Below are positions 9,291 through 18,663 of a stretch of 64,000 nucleotides of DNA, in pieces. The notes below the pieces were generated by a model. That model did no database searches. It saw nothing but the letters and a program-made list of their open reading frames with translations, and was not told the origin of the DNA. The position numbers and the translations under genes are program-made. The DNA is from an uncultured virus (IMG/VR IMGVR_UViG_3300036716_001108) (taxonomy: Duplodnaviria; Heunggongvirae; Uroviricota; Caudoviricetes). The stretch lies in IMG/VR virus record IMGVR_UViG_3300036716_001108; one strand, given 5' to 3'. Numbering within the stretch: the first letter of the stretch is position 1; each line of letters opens with the position of its first letter.

Positions 9291-9299
9291 GCTATTTCT

Positions 9300-9911
9300 T
9301 CAATTATCTAAAGATTTTTGGAAGTTTTCGAAGGGAATGAACTCTAATTCTTCATCCTTTACCTCTATTTTGGGCGGTAATTCGTCATCCACCACTTGAT
9401 ACAATGGAACATCTCGGTGTCTATACCAACCGCGTTTGATTGACTGTAAGTCATATACACAATTCAGACATAAAACTCGTAGATTATTTTGTTTTCCATT
9501 CATATTATCACCATCCAAGAAGTCCAATACTAATGGCGGTGGTTGTTTATCAGTATTATGAGTGTAATTAGCTGTACAATTACTACAAGCTTTTTCCAAA
9601 TACGCTTCTTTAAAAGCTTTTCTCAACAACATAGTCTCTCTATAACTCATAGGCTGTTCACCTTTTAGAATTGAGGCCAACATTTGGTTCGAGAATGTAT
9701 TCTTATGTACTCTTCTAATACCTTTATTTGAAGCAGCTTGGAACAAATTGTGTTTAACAGCCTCTCGTTTAAAGATATTATAACTAACATTTAAATAATT
9801 AGCGGCCTGTCGCATTGACATAGTTATACCGATGGCGTGTTCTATTTTACCACGAGATAAAATAATTTTCGTTCTACCGCCTCTATTCTTGTGTTCTATT
9901 TGATACGACAT
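9300..9911 (-). CDS. HTH plus degenerate HNH-like zinc-finger protein (probable DNA-binding protein)
   Basis: SMRQAANYLNVSYNIFKR HTH-like segment; CSNC..LVLDFLDGDNMNGKQNNLRVLCLNCV lacks the usual HNH histidines. Confidence 0.7.
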   Translation of the reverse strand: MSYQIEHKNRGGRTKIILSRGKIEHAIGITMSMRQAANYLNVSYNIFKREAVKHNLFQAASNKGIRRVHKNTFSNQMLASILKGEQPMSYRETMLLRKAFKEAYLEKACSNCTANYTHNTDKQPPPLVLDFLDGDNMNGKQNNLRVLCLNCVYDLQSIKRGWYRHRDVPLYQVVDDELPPKIEVKDEELEFIPFENFQKSLDN

Positions 9912-9950
9912 TATGACATACTCCTATATATTATTTTGCTAAGAAAGTGC

Positions 9951-9979
9951 TTGACTTTCAGGCTACATTCGAGTAGTAT
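9951..9979 (+). promoter_or_regulatory. Plus-strand promoter candidate TTGACT-N17-TAGTAT
   Basis: Preceded by AAAGTGC, as in the minus-strand copies at 6569 and 9143. Confidence 0.45.
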
Positions 9980-10069
9980 TTCAATTCCATTATGACATAG
10001 ATATAAACCTACTACTATATCATAAATAGAGTATTATATAGAAAAGTGGTTAGTTGTGGGGGATTGTGG

Positions 10070-10264
10070 TTAGGATAACCTATTATAGTATTTCACGATT
10101 AGTTTTTCCAATTTCTTCGGTAAATCGTGTTTTATACATATAAGTATAGTGAGAGTAAAAATTAATTCTTCTTTATAGGGATTAGGTGGTATAGAGATTT
10201 CGAGTGCAACGAGAACTGCTGCAATCATTTGAATCGTATATAAAATTTGTGATTTGTTCAACAT
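10070..10264 (-). CDS. Small membrane protein
   Basis: Two hydrophobic segments. Confidence 0.45.
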   Translation of the reverse strand: MLNKSQILYTIQMIAAVLVALEISIPPNPYKEELIFTLTILICIKHDLPKKLEKLIVKYYNRLS

Positions 10265-10295
10265 AAGAATAAATATCGAACATTTGAATTAAGTG

Positions 10296-10330
10296 GTGAG
10301 TAGTATTGTACTCATGTGAGTAGTATTGTA
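10296..10330. repeat. Direct repeat GTGAGTAGTATTGTA x2 (20-bp period)
   Basis: 10296-10310 and 10316-10330; core GAGTAGTATT also at 9971-9980. Confidence 0.8.
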
Positions 10331-10365
10331 TTGTGGGCGGGATTTCACCCCATCTATATCAGTAT

Positions 10366-10930
10366 ATCAGATTATCAGAATTAACTGTACATAAATAAAA
10401 ACAGCTTGTATTTCAATCTTGACCATAATCTTCTCAATGATTTTTCTATATTGTACCATATTACTAATACAATTATAAATGGAATCATCATTACCCACAA
10501 ACACCAACCTATTATATTTTCAATTTTCTTTATCATCCATCTCTTTAGTTTTTATCATCATAAATCTTTAAGATTTATCATACATCTTCCAGTTTCTAAA
10601 TAGTGTTTTCTTAATTATCAAGTATATAATCATTAATGAACTCCATACCGAAATAGCTATTATTATATCAATACTCTTTATTGTATCAAGTGGTAACTTA
10701 TACATATTAAACCAAATAAACTCTGTAATCAAATCCATCTCTTAACTCCGTTAATCATCTCTTCCTTTTAATCTTAATCATTATTGATGTTCTATCCATG
10801 TAATAACCATTACACACAACACACTAAAATAAATTATATCTAAAGCATTAATATTCATCATCACCACCATAAAATAACCAATAAAAACCCAATACCATTA
10901 AAATCATCAATACTATTATCACATACCCAT
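10366..10930 (-). other. Run of very small hydrophobic ORFs below the 60-aa track cutoff
   Basis: e.g. ATG 10738 MDLITEFIWFNMYKLP.. with GGAG RBS; ATG 10536 MIKKIENIIGWCLWVMMIPFIIVLVIW.. Confidence 0.45.
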
Positions 10931-11235
10931 TATTCATTGAAGAACTCCGTTCTTGAATCTTCACCTTTTAAAATTGGATGATAGATGTCCTTTGGGAAAC
11001 CATAACGATTACGCTCAAAGTTTATATCATCTTCTTTAATCATTACCATCTCAACCTCAACCCCAACCCCAACACTCTTTTTATGTAATCCCATTGGACT
11101 ACTTACATCTATATCATTTAAAAAACTCATCACTACTCGTAATATCTTCACCAATTCTTCATATATAATGTGCACGCCTATTTTTATAATTTCTTCCAAA
11201 TCACTCATAATATTATTCATTCTATCACTCATCAC
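10930..11235 (-). CDS. Hypothetical protein
   Basis: Coupled ORF. Confidence 0.45.
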   Translation of the reverse strand: MMSDRMNNIMSDLEEIIKIGVHIIYEELVKILRVVMSFLNDIDVSSPMGLHKKSVGVGVEVEMVMIKEDDINFERNRYGFPKDIYHPILKGEDSRTEFFNE

Positions 11236-11573
11236 TCATCCAACACTCGCCTCTCATCTAACATTCCCAACTTATAGTTATAAAAGCTATCAATCGGTAA
11301 TCTCAATAAAAAATATTGTCTTTTATCAATCTCAATCGTTTCGGGCACTTCGTGATATAATTCTATCTTGATTACTTTATCAATTAATTCATCACGAACT
11401 TCCGATTTCATTTGTGATTCGCCCATCAATTCTAATTCGCTCCAACACCCCATTGTTGGATGACTACTTGGATATATTCGATATGGAATAATCTCCACTT
11501 GATGTAAGGATGGGGGCTCTTGACTAAACCCTATTCCTAATAATATTAAAATACTTATAATTAACTGTTTCAA
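11232..11573 (-). CDS. Putative secreted protein
   Basis: Signal-peptide-like MKQLIISILILLGIGFSQ; GGAG RBS; TTG start. Confidence 0.55.
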   Translation of the reverse strand: MKQLIISILILLGIGFSQEPPSLHQVEIIPYRIYPSSHPTMGCWSELELMGESQMKSEVRDELIDKVIKIELYHEVPETIEIDKRQYFLLRLPIDSFYNYKLGMLDERRVLDE

Positions 11574-11607
11574 AACAACTCCATTTATTTATATAACGAT
11601 TTGATTT

Positions 11608-11631
11608 GGTGTTCACCGAAGGTGAATCACC
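11608..11631. other. Intergenic GC-rich hairpin (terminator or RNA-stability element)
   Basis: GGTG-TTCACC-GAA-GGTGAA-T-CACC inverted repeat; no clear U-tract. Confidence 0.45.
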
Positions 11632-11706
11632 CATTATCTATCGGCGTAAACTTTGTGGATTAATTCCCACTCTATATATACATATATAACTTCTCAAAAA
11701 AATTTC

Positions 11707-12060
11707 TTACTTTGTGAAATCTAATCCACTTCGTATCCCACCATACTTCTTAAACATAAAATTTGCGCGGCGTTTGTCTTTGTCTGACATTGAGTTTTTC
11801 CCATTGTCTGGAATGAACTCATCTATCATATGTATAACCCAATCTTCATCATTCATAAATCCCCTACCTTCTATTGAATCCATAGGCGGATTTTGTTTTT
11901 TTGACCACTCTTTCATAGTCCATCGTAATATCTTCAATCTACTACCATGTGTATTTGGTAGTCGTTCACTATTCCATGTTAGTTTTCTATTCAAACTTGT
12001 CTCTGGTGGCCATTCTGTGGGTAAATCATCAAACCAAGCGGTTATCTTAGCATCTGTCAT
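11707..12060 (-). CDS. Hypothetical protein
   Basis: Coupled ORF. Confidence 0.55.
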   Translation of the reverse strand: MTDAKITAWFDDLPTEWPPETSLNRKLTWNSERLPNTHGSRLKILRWTMKEWSKKQNPPMDSIEGRGFMNDEDWVIHMIDEFIPDNGKNSMSDKDKRRANFMFKKYGGIRSGLDFTK

Positions 12061-12542
12061 TTCATCTCTATTTGAACATTAGATATACCTTTTGATTCTA
12101 CTTTCTTTTTGAATCGTTTGTACATCTGATTAAGAGCCTTTCTTTGTTTTATACTTAACTTAGCACTCTTCTTTAAAAACCCCTCTACACTATTTAGAAA
12201 ATATTCACTACGAGCTACATAATTACTTGTATAACCACAAGCGGCTAATAGTGTTCTAATTAAATAAATCTTAGCTACCGCACTATCTACATATTCTTTC
12301 TTCTCATACCTTGTTAATTTCTTATCATCATTTAACCATTTCTTATATCCACTCACTATCTTATCCATTGAAATTTCCATTTTCTTAGTTACTTTTCTTG
12401 TACCTATAGCATTGTGCATACTGAGAACAAATTCTTTATAACCATCATTCATATAGAAATCTGTATCTGATATGATATGTCCTAACTGGCGTTTGGTTTT
12501 CTCTAAGTGAGTCTCTGGACTTTTTCGTTTAGTATCAATCAT
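12057..12542 (-). CDS. Basic hypothetical protein
   Basis: Coupled ORF. Confidence 0.6.
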   Translation of the reverse strand: MIDTKRKSPETHLEKTKRQLGHIISDTDFYMNDGYKEFVLSMHNAIGTRKVTKKMEISMDKIVSGYKKWLNDDKKLTRYEKKEYVDSAVAKIYLIRTLLAACGYTSNYVARSEYFLNSVEGFLKKSAKLSIKQRKALNQMYKRFKKKVESKGISNVQIEMK

Positions 12543-12891
12543 AAATACTTTCTAAATCTCCATACATAAGTAAACTATTTACAATTAACTCATCTCCATC
12601 TGTCCAATTTTCATCGTGGTCTTCAAAATAAACTTCACCTGTTTCGTGATTGTATATTTGTTCTACATTGATATCACCACTATTGTCATTATCATAATTC
12701 CAAACGATGGCAATATCTGTAATTTCATCTATCTCTTTTTGTGGTATTCGTGTACCATCATTATTTGATAAAGCCCCACCTTCATCCAATAGAGCAAGTA
12801 GTGTTATTTCCCTAACATTGGGCCCAACTTCACTAACTCCTATCATATAAGATGAACTATGTATTATTTCTTTTAAAGTTGTGTCAAACAT
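12535..12891 (-). CDS. Acidic hypothetical protein
   Basis: Coupled ORF. Confidence 0.6.
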   Translation of the reverse strand: MFDTTLKEIIHSSSYMIGVSEVGPNVREITLLALLDEGGALSNNDGTRIPQKEIDEITDIAIVWNYDNDNSGDINVEQIYNHETGEVYFEDHDENWTDGDELIVNSLLMYGDLESIYD

Positions 12892-13130
12892 TATACATTT
12901 ATCAAGTTATTGAGTTCATCCATTGTTCCTTCAAACCCTGGTATATCAACTTCGTTTAACTTTTCTAATTTATTTTTTAGTTCGTATACTGTATTCCTAC
13001 CAGCATCAATATATCCCCTACTATCTGTATTGGAATTATATTCTGGTAAAGTATTTACGGCGTCATCTAATTCACCTTCTAAGGTGTTGATGAGTTCTAA
13101 TAACTCTTTCATAATTTCTCCTTTATTCAT
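12891..13130 (-). CDS. Hypothetical protein (start possibly MKELL at 13112)
   Basis: Directly after a promoter; AAAGGAG RBS before the second Met. Confidence 0.6.
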   Translation of the reverse strand: MNKGEIMKELLELINTLEGELDDAVNTLPEYNSNTDSRGYIDAGRNTVYELKNKLEKLNEVDIPGFEGTMDELNNLINV

Positions 13131-13135
13131 ACCTT

Positions 13136-13165
13136 AATATACGAATAAAAGCCTATATGAGTCAA
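13136..13165 (-). promoter_or_regulatory. Phage promoter TTGACT-N18-TATATT
   Basis: Repeated motif. Confidence 0.8.
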
Positions 13166-13194
13166 GCTTTATTTTATGTTTTTTTTTTTGGAAT

Positions 13195-13446
13195 TTAAGA
13201 GTTGAACATATCCCATATATGTTTGGCCATTAAGCCGATAAAACCTGTTCCCATTACACTACGCCATTTCGTAGTGTTATTTCTGAATTGTGTATTTTGT
13301 TTTGATTCTGCCCACAAACCTGTGTGTGGATTAAATAGATTTTCCTTAATGAACTTGATATCTTGATGCATCAATTCTCTATCCTTATCAGATTGTGTCA
13401 TTCTTTCAATAATAACATTTAAATCTTTTTTATCAGTTCCGTTCAC
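13195..13446 (-). CDS. Small coiled-coil protein with C-terminal hydrophobic helix (holin-like?)
   Basis: GGAG RBS, GTG start; preceded by TATTTATA motif; function is a guess. Confidence 0.5.
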   Translation of the reverse strand: MNGTDKKDLNVIIERMTQSDKDRELMHQDIKFIKENLFNPHTGLWAESKQNTQFRNNTTKWRSVMGTGFIGLMAKHIWDMFNS

Positions 13447-13472
13447 AAGTTTTCTCCATTTGTGTTTTTAAT

Positions 13473-13488
13473 TATACACTTATAAATA
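13473..13488 (-). promoter_or_regulatory. Candidate late-type promoter (sense TATTTATAAGTGTATA)
   Basis: Identical 16-mer at 45003-45018. Confidence 0.55.
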
Positions 13489-13518
13489 GAATATATATAC
13501 AAAACTTCGTAAAAAAAC

Positions 13519-13773
13519 CTACTGTTTTTTCTGATTCTTTTTCTTCTGATTATAGTGTCTACGCTTGTATCTTGGTTGTGGTTTTCTTGGTTTATAGTTC
13601 TTTTCCATCCTAAAGATTTCTTCTTTGAGTAATTGTCTTGTTTGTCTCAATCTCTCATTTTCTCGTTGTAAATCTTCAGTTTTACTCGCACTTAGTAATG
13701 CAAGTGAGAATATACCTAAACAACTACCTATTACTAAACCACATGCGAATGCAATCCATACTGTTTCAATCAT
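13519..13773 (-). CDS. Membrane-anchored coiled-coil protein with basic tail
   Basis: N-terminal TM helix then heptads. Confidence 0.6.
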   Translation of the reverse strand: MIETVWIAFACGLVIGSCLGIFSLALLSASKTEDLQRENERLRQTRQLLKEEIFRMEKNYKPRKPQPRYKRRHYNQKKKNQKKQ

Positions 13774-13776
13774 TTC

Positions 13777-13998
13777 TTAACTCCTTATTATAAGAACCCC
13801 TGGATTACTATCCAATGGCTCTCCTATTGTAAAATTATATCGTTCACCAACTCGGTGAACTATGTCCTTCATCTTTTTGCTATTACCTGTAATTATCCTA
13901 ATTGGGAAGTTTCCCATATTGTATTGTAGTATAACCCAGTTTGCTAACTTTTCTTCTACTTCACTATGTTTAAATCCGTGTAAATCAAGTTCTACCAT
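13777..13998 (-). CDS. Stand-alone Smr/MutS2-domain protein
   Basis: ELDLHG..IRIITGNS..NPG motifs. Confidence 0.8.
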   Translation of the reverse strand: MVELDLHGFKHSEVEEKLANWVILQYNMGNFPIRIITGNSKKMKDIVHRVGERYNFTIGEPLDSNPGVLIIRS

Positions 13999-14249
13999 TC
14001 ATCTAAATCTGAACTTTCACCAATATCTTTCCACCAGCGTATTGGTTCGGAAGATGTTATTCTTGTATAGTTGTCATCATATTCTTTTTGAGTCATTACT
14101 TTCCACAACTTATCAAACGATTTTCTATCTGACATTTGTTTAACACCTTGAAAGTAAGTTTTGGCTCCATTGATTCCAACATCTGATGAAAGGTTTACAC
14201 TCCACACGATTTCGTAACTGCTATCTTTTCTGATTAACAGATATTTCAC
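13992..14249 (-). CDS. Hypothetical protein
   Basis: Coupled ORF. Confidence 0.55.
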   Translation of the reverse strand: MKYLLIRKDSSYEIVWSVNLSSDVGINGAKTYFQGVKQMSDRKSFDKLWKVMTQKEYDDNYTRITSSEPIRWWKDIGESSDLDEW

Positions 14250-14812
14250 TCATTTTTCTCCATTATTATTCCAATTGAATATTCCTTATATAAATAATTT
14301 AAATCCCAAAAATATGTCCAAACTGTCATTGTGTCTCCCACCATACTTGAAACTGGACCAGTCATTGTATTGACTTCCCAAGTATCATCATTTACATTAA
14401 CAGGATAACTTGCACCATTTACAGTTGGTACTGATTCCCCTTCGAATCCCCATATATACAATGTGTCATAATTCACATATTCTAAATCATCAGTTAATCC
14501 ACGCTTCACAATATAACCAAGTGTATCACCAAGTACCCAATAATGGGAACTTTCCCAATACACCTTTATTGTTTCGACTAAATCTCGTTCACCATACTCA
14601 CGATTATTCAAATGTGTTGATTCAAGAGTAGCAGTTAATCGTTGTATTGTCTGCCAACTATCACTTAATTCCATATGGTAATAACCATTATCATCTACTG
14701 GTAGATTTATATTATAGACTAAATCTATTTCATCGTATATCTCTTGATTGTCTTCACAACCAATTACAAATATACTAAGGGCGAGTAGGGTGTTTCTTAT
14801 TAACTTGTTCAT
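14246..14812 (-). CDS. Putative lipoprotein
   Basis: Start re-assigned to MNKLIRNTLLALSIFVIG-C (lipobox). Confidence 0.65.
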   Translation of the reverse strand: MNKLIRNTLLALSIFVIGCEDNQEIYDEIDLVYNINLPVDDNGYYHMELSDSWQTIQRLTATLESTHLNNREYGERDLVETIKVYWESSHYWVLGDTLGYIVKRGLTDDLEYVNYDTLYIWGFEGESVPTVNGASYPVNVNDDTWEVNTMTGPVSSMVGDTMTVWTYFWDLNYLYKEYSIGIIMEKNE

Positions 14813-14951
14813 TTTTCTTTGGTTTCTCCTGAAGTTCTTCATAGGACTTCTTCTTTTTAGTAGGTTTGGTTTTGCGTTTATTCTTCCGTGAGTGTTTATC
14901 TTCATTAAACTCATCGTCTAAATCTTGCCAATCCTGCCATTTGTTATTCAT
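14775..14951 (-). CDS. Small lysine-rich protein
   Basis: Start re-assigned to MNNKWQDW with AGGAG RBS; the track's TTG start is the -35 box. Confidence 0.55.
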   Translation of the reverse strand: MNNKWQDWQDLDDEFNEDKHSRKNKRKTKPTKKKKSYEELQEKPKKNEQVNKKHPTRP

Positions 14952-14966
14952 TTCTCTAATCTCCTG

Positions 14967-14996
14967 AATATACGAATAAAATACTATACGAGTCAA
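14967..14996 (-). promoter_or_regulatory. Phage promoter TTGACT-N18-TATATT
   Basis: Repeated motif. Confidence 0.8.
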
Positions 14997-15241
14997 GCAT
15001 TTTTTCTTCTCATTTTCAATTGAGTTACAACATCTGTAAACTCTTCTATTGTGTAAGTTACACCTTTTTCATCTAATAAGATAAACTCTTCTATATTCTG
15101 TTTATCACTATTGATTATATTCAGTAAGGCAGTATAACCATCTTCCCAATAAAAATAGCCAAAACTCTCTTCACCCAATATGTTAGATGAAAACATTAAA
15201 TTTTCTTTACTTTCGTTCTTCCCTAATATATAGTATGTCAT
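14993..15241 (-). CDS. Hypothetical protein
   Basis: Coupled ORF. Confidence 0.55.
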   Translation of the reverse strand: MTYYILGKNESKENLMFSSNILGEESFGYFYWEDGYTALLNIINSDKQNIEEFILLDEKGVTYTIEEFTDVVTQLKMRRKNA

Positions 15242-15693
15242 TTAGTAAATCCATCTCCTAATGATATAAGAAATCCAATTAAAATAATACCTAACATGAA
15301 AAGAAGTATTAATTTTAAAAACTTAATTAATAATCCAACACCAATGTGTAATAACGAATTCCATGCTTTCTTTTTATCAGATATTACCCAGTTATACCAA
15401 TTCTGAGTATTTGTCTTTTCATCATACTGGCTAAACTCAGTAAATGGCCAATCATTAGATATAAACATTTTTGGATGAAATAGATATCCTGGGAATTCTT
15501 TCCATCCAACTAAGGTGTGTTCCTTTTCTTTCATAGTCTGTTTTATTTTCCACTCTTCTTTCCAAGTACCTTTATACCACATCTTTAATGTACTAAACCA
15601 ATGGACTCCTAATTTCTTACCAATTATAAAAATAATTAATAGTACTACAAATATAGTTCCAAGTATCTCTTTTATTATTGTATATTCTGTCAT
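15238..15693 (-). CDS. Membrane protein
   Basis: Hydrophobic N- and C-terminal segments. Confidence 0.55.
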   Translation of the reverse strand: MTEYTIIKEILGTIFVVLLIIFIIGKKLGVHWFSTLKMWYKGTWKEEWKIKQTMKEKEHTLVGWKEFPGYLFHPKMFISNDWPFTEFSQYDEKTNTQNWYNWVISDKKKAWNSLLHIGVGLLIKFLKLILLFMLGIILIGFLISLGDGFTK

Positions 15694-16911
15694 TTAGTAA
15701 AGCCATTTCTGATAATTATCAGTTTTTATTAATTCTTTCTCATAATTGTTCAATGATTTAATCTCTAAATCAAATATCTCTAAATTCATAGTTCCTATCT
15801 CTCCACTATCTTCTAATATCTTTGATAAATTTACTAAGACTTGGAAATTACTTGAATTTATTAAACTGCAATCAAATCTAACCACAACATCATTAATTGG
15901 TTCTATATGTTGTGAATGTATTTTACTTCCTAAATCATATTTTGTATTTGGTTGTTCTTCTTCAATATACTGATTTACGCCGAATCCCTTATGTCCAACC
16001 CAATCTCCATATATATCACTACACCATGGCTCTAATTGTTTTAATATATGTGTATCACAATTCTCAACTACAAAACCTATATTATACTTAGGTGAAACAA
16101 TTGGTTTCATATGTTGATCATGTTGTACCATCGTTCCCCATTTACGAATGAAGTTTCTCATATTCTTTGTAGTAGTGTGTTGCCACTCTGGACTATCTTT
16201 ACCTGGAGCACCACCTGCCATTGGATTGAACCTACTACCACGACTTGTCATATGATATACAAAACCTCTCCATGTCTGAATAAACTCATAACCCTTTAAA
16301 TGCATTCTATTAAAAATATCACTATCTTCTTTACTCTGTGGTGTGAATAATACATCATGTCCACCTATTGATTGGAAATCTTCTTTCATAATAGCCCAGG
16401 GTGCGAATATACCCATCGTTGGATGATGATAAACCTGTTGTCTATGTTCATCAACAAATTTCAAAAGTTCTTGTTCCTTAAACTCCCCAGGTTCTATACC
16501 AAAATCTTTTACTATCTTTTCGGGCCCTTCTGGATGTAATGGTGGTTCTATTCTTGTAAGTGATACAACTTTACCTTTTTCTAAATACTTGTCTATCTCT
16601 TCATCTGCATTTGGACACAAATACATATCCGAATGAAAGAATATAACTCTATCATTAGTTGCATACTCATTAACCAATTTATCATATAATATAGTTAATC
16701 CCAATCGTTCAGGACCCTTATTCACATGAAGTTTGATATTCTTATCTCGTTTCATCCAAACCAATACTTGTTCCAATGTTCCATCTGTACTGGCATCATC
16801 AGCAATACATATCTCGTGTTCTACTGATGAGTTCTTACGAATACTTTCGTAACACCATTTTAAATATTTTATATTATTTCGGGAGGGTATTATGAATGAA
16901 ATCAATTTCAT
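15694..16911 (-). CDS. Glycosyltransferase family 2
   Basis: ISFIIPSRN, IADDASTDGT, HSD, EDSD. Confidence 0.88.
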   Translation of the reverse strand: MKLISFIIPSRNNIKYLKWCYESIRKNSSVEHEICIADDASTDGTLEQVLVWMKRDKNIKLHVNKGPERLGLTILYDKLVNEYATNDRVIFFHSDMYLCPNADEEIDKYLEKGKVVSLTRIEPPLHPEGPEKIVKDFGIEPGEFKEQELLKFVDEHRQQVYHHPTMGIFAPWAIMKEDFQSIGGHDVLFTPQSKEDSDIFNRMHLKGYEFIQTWRGFVYHMTSRGSRFNPMAGGAPGKDSPEWQHTTTKNMRNFIRKWGTMVQHDQHMKPIVSPKYNIGFVVENCDTHILKQLEPWCSDIYGDWVGHKGFGVNQYIEEEQPNTKYDLGSKIHSQHIEPINDVVVRFDCSLINSSNFQVLVNLSKILEDSGEIGTMNLEIFDLEIKSLNNYEKELIKTDNYQKWLY

Positions 16912-17755
16912 TTTTAAAATCCTCGATATAATCTAATATGTTTCGAGTTGGTTTCCAACCCAATAGTTCATGTGCCTTTTTATCAGTACAGAGTGTTTCT
17001 CGTACTTCACCTGGTCGTTCATCTATATATTGTTTAGTTCCATCAAATGAATCTGCAATTACATTTATTGAAAAATTCTCACCATATCCAAGTTCAAATT
17101 CCTCACCTTTAAATGTAAAGTGTTCTGAACATCTCATTAATCCATCTACGATATCGTCAACATGAGTAAAATCTCTTCGTTGTTCTCCATCACTTGTAAT
17201 TGTTAGCGGTTCATTGTCTTGATACTGTTTTTCAAATATTCCTATTACAGTACAGTACTCACCTTCTGTTAAGTGGTGTGGGCCATACACATTATAAAAT
17301 CTACATATTGAAGTTGGTAAATCATATATCTCTGAATACATTTTACACAACTCTTCTCCTTGCCATTTAGTAAATGTATATGGATTTTTATAAACTCCAC
17401 CGTGTGTAGAAGATGAACCAGCATAAACTACTGGAGTATTATTCTTTCTTGCCCACTCTAATATATTCATAGTTCCCAATACATTTGCTTCAAATGTTAT
17501 TGCTGGATAGTCAAATGATGGTTGTATTCTTGGTAATGCAGCTAAATGAAATATTACATCTGGTTTTTCCATAAAGAAATCAAAATCAACTGCATCTCTG
17601 ATATCTACATTGTGATATATACAACCTTCTTGTTCATTTTTTTCTAATCCTGTTGTATAGTTATCTAAACTTACAACCTTGTGTTCGTCTTTAAGTAATC
17701 TTTTTATTAAATTGGTGCCTACGAACCCAGCACCTCCTGTTACTAACGCTTTCAT
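16874..17755 (-). CDS. NAD-dependent sugar epimerase/dehydratase
   Basis: MKALVTGGAGFVG, YTFTK (YxxxK), RFYNVYGP, RDFTHVDD. Confidence 0.92.
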   Translation of the reverse strand: MKALVTGGAGFVGTNLIKRLLKDEHKVVSLDNYTTGLEKNEQEGCIYHNVDIRDAVDFDFFMEKPDVIFHLAALPRIQPSFDYPAITFEANVLGTMNILEWARKNNTPVVYAGSSSTHGGVYKNPYTFTKWQGEELCKMYSEIYDLPTSICRFYNVYGPHHLTEGEYCTVIGIFEKQYQDNEPLTITSDGEQRRDFTHVDDIVDGLMRCSEHFTFKGEEFELGYGENFSINVIADSFDGTKQYIDERPGEVRETLCTDKKAHELLGWKPTRNILDYIEDFKNEIDFIHNTLPK

Positions 17756-18663
17756 TTGTTTGTCTTCTCCCAATTGGCTCTCCAAGCCTTCTCTGTATAA
17801 TTTAAATTAAATCTTTTTCTTGATGTTTCACTACACAAGTTATAAAATTCTTCACTCTCTTTTAATCTCTTACCCAACTCAACTGCCTTGTCTAATTCCC
17901 CAACTTCAACCGTTGTCAATGGATGTAATATTTCTTGTGTATCCAAACCTTTATATCCAATACAAGGTATTGAATGAAATGCACAATTCATAGCAAATGT
18001 TCCAGCAGCATGTGTTCTCATCAAATGAACTCCTATATTATATTGTGATAAATTATCAATCCACTCTCTCCAACTCATATATGGTAAATAGTTTATATCT
18101 TCTATAGAACTCTCTTGGTCTTGTTTTCTACCCATTGATGGTGCAGTTATTGGATCTCCAATTTCTCTTGCCACAATATAAGAATCAAATCCACCATACC
18201 AACTCACGAAGTTTCCACCAATCATAGTGGCATCACCCCATTCATTTCGTGAAACTAATCCATCGGGTATCATCAAACTTCTCATCACTCTTACATCTTT
18301 ACAACCTAAACCTAAATAATAACTTACATCACTTTCATTATGACAATACACCCAATCCGCATCAATCAATGTATTATAATAATTAAATTGTTTTTCTATA
18401 TCGTAATCTTGAAAATACCAATGTGGGCCTTCTTGCATTATTGCAACTTTATCACAACACTTTCTTATAAAATCTAAATTAACCTTTGGATTATTCTTCG
18501 GTATAATAACAATACCCAAATCAAACTTTTCTCTTGGTAATACATCAAGTGCACACATTGGAGCTTCAAGTGTTAAACACCAAGCCACCTCTGTACGAGC
18601 ATTTGGAAAATCTCTGGGATATCTTTGGTTATTACCCATTTCTGAAAAGAATGCTATCTTCAT
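17752..18663 (-). CDS. Putative GT-B glycosyltransferase
   Basis: C-terminal AAGTFAMNCAFHSIPCIG resembles a GT4 donor-binding motif; locus context. Confidence 0.5.
   Translation of the reverse strand: MKIAFFSEMGNNQRYPRDFPNARTEVAWCLTLEAPMCALDVLPREKFDLGIVIIPKNNPKVNLDFIRKCCDKVAIMQEGPHWYFQDYDIEKQFNYYNTLIDADWVYCHNESDVSYYLGLGCKDVRVMRSLMIPDGLVSRNEWGDATMIGGNFVSWYGGFDSYIVAREIGDPITAPSMGRKQDQESSIEDINYLPYMSWREWIDNLSQYNIGVHLMRTHAAGTFAMNCAFHSIPCIGYKGLDTQEILHPLTTVEVGELDKAVELGKRLKESEEFYNLCSETSRKRFNLNYTEKAWRANWEKTNK

Noticed and set aside
10296..10330. Possible CRISPR or mini-array
   Set aside because: Only two 15-bp copies separated by 5 bp; no spacer-length units
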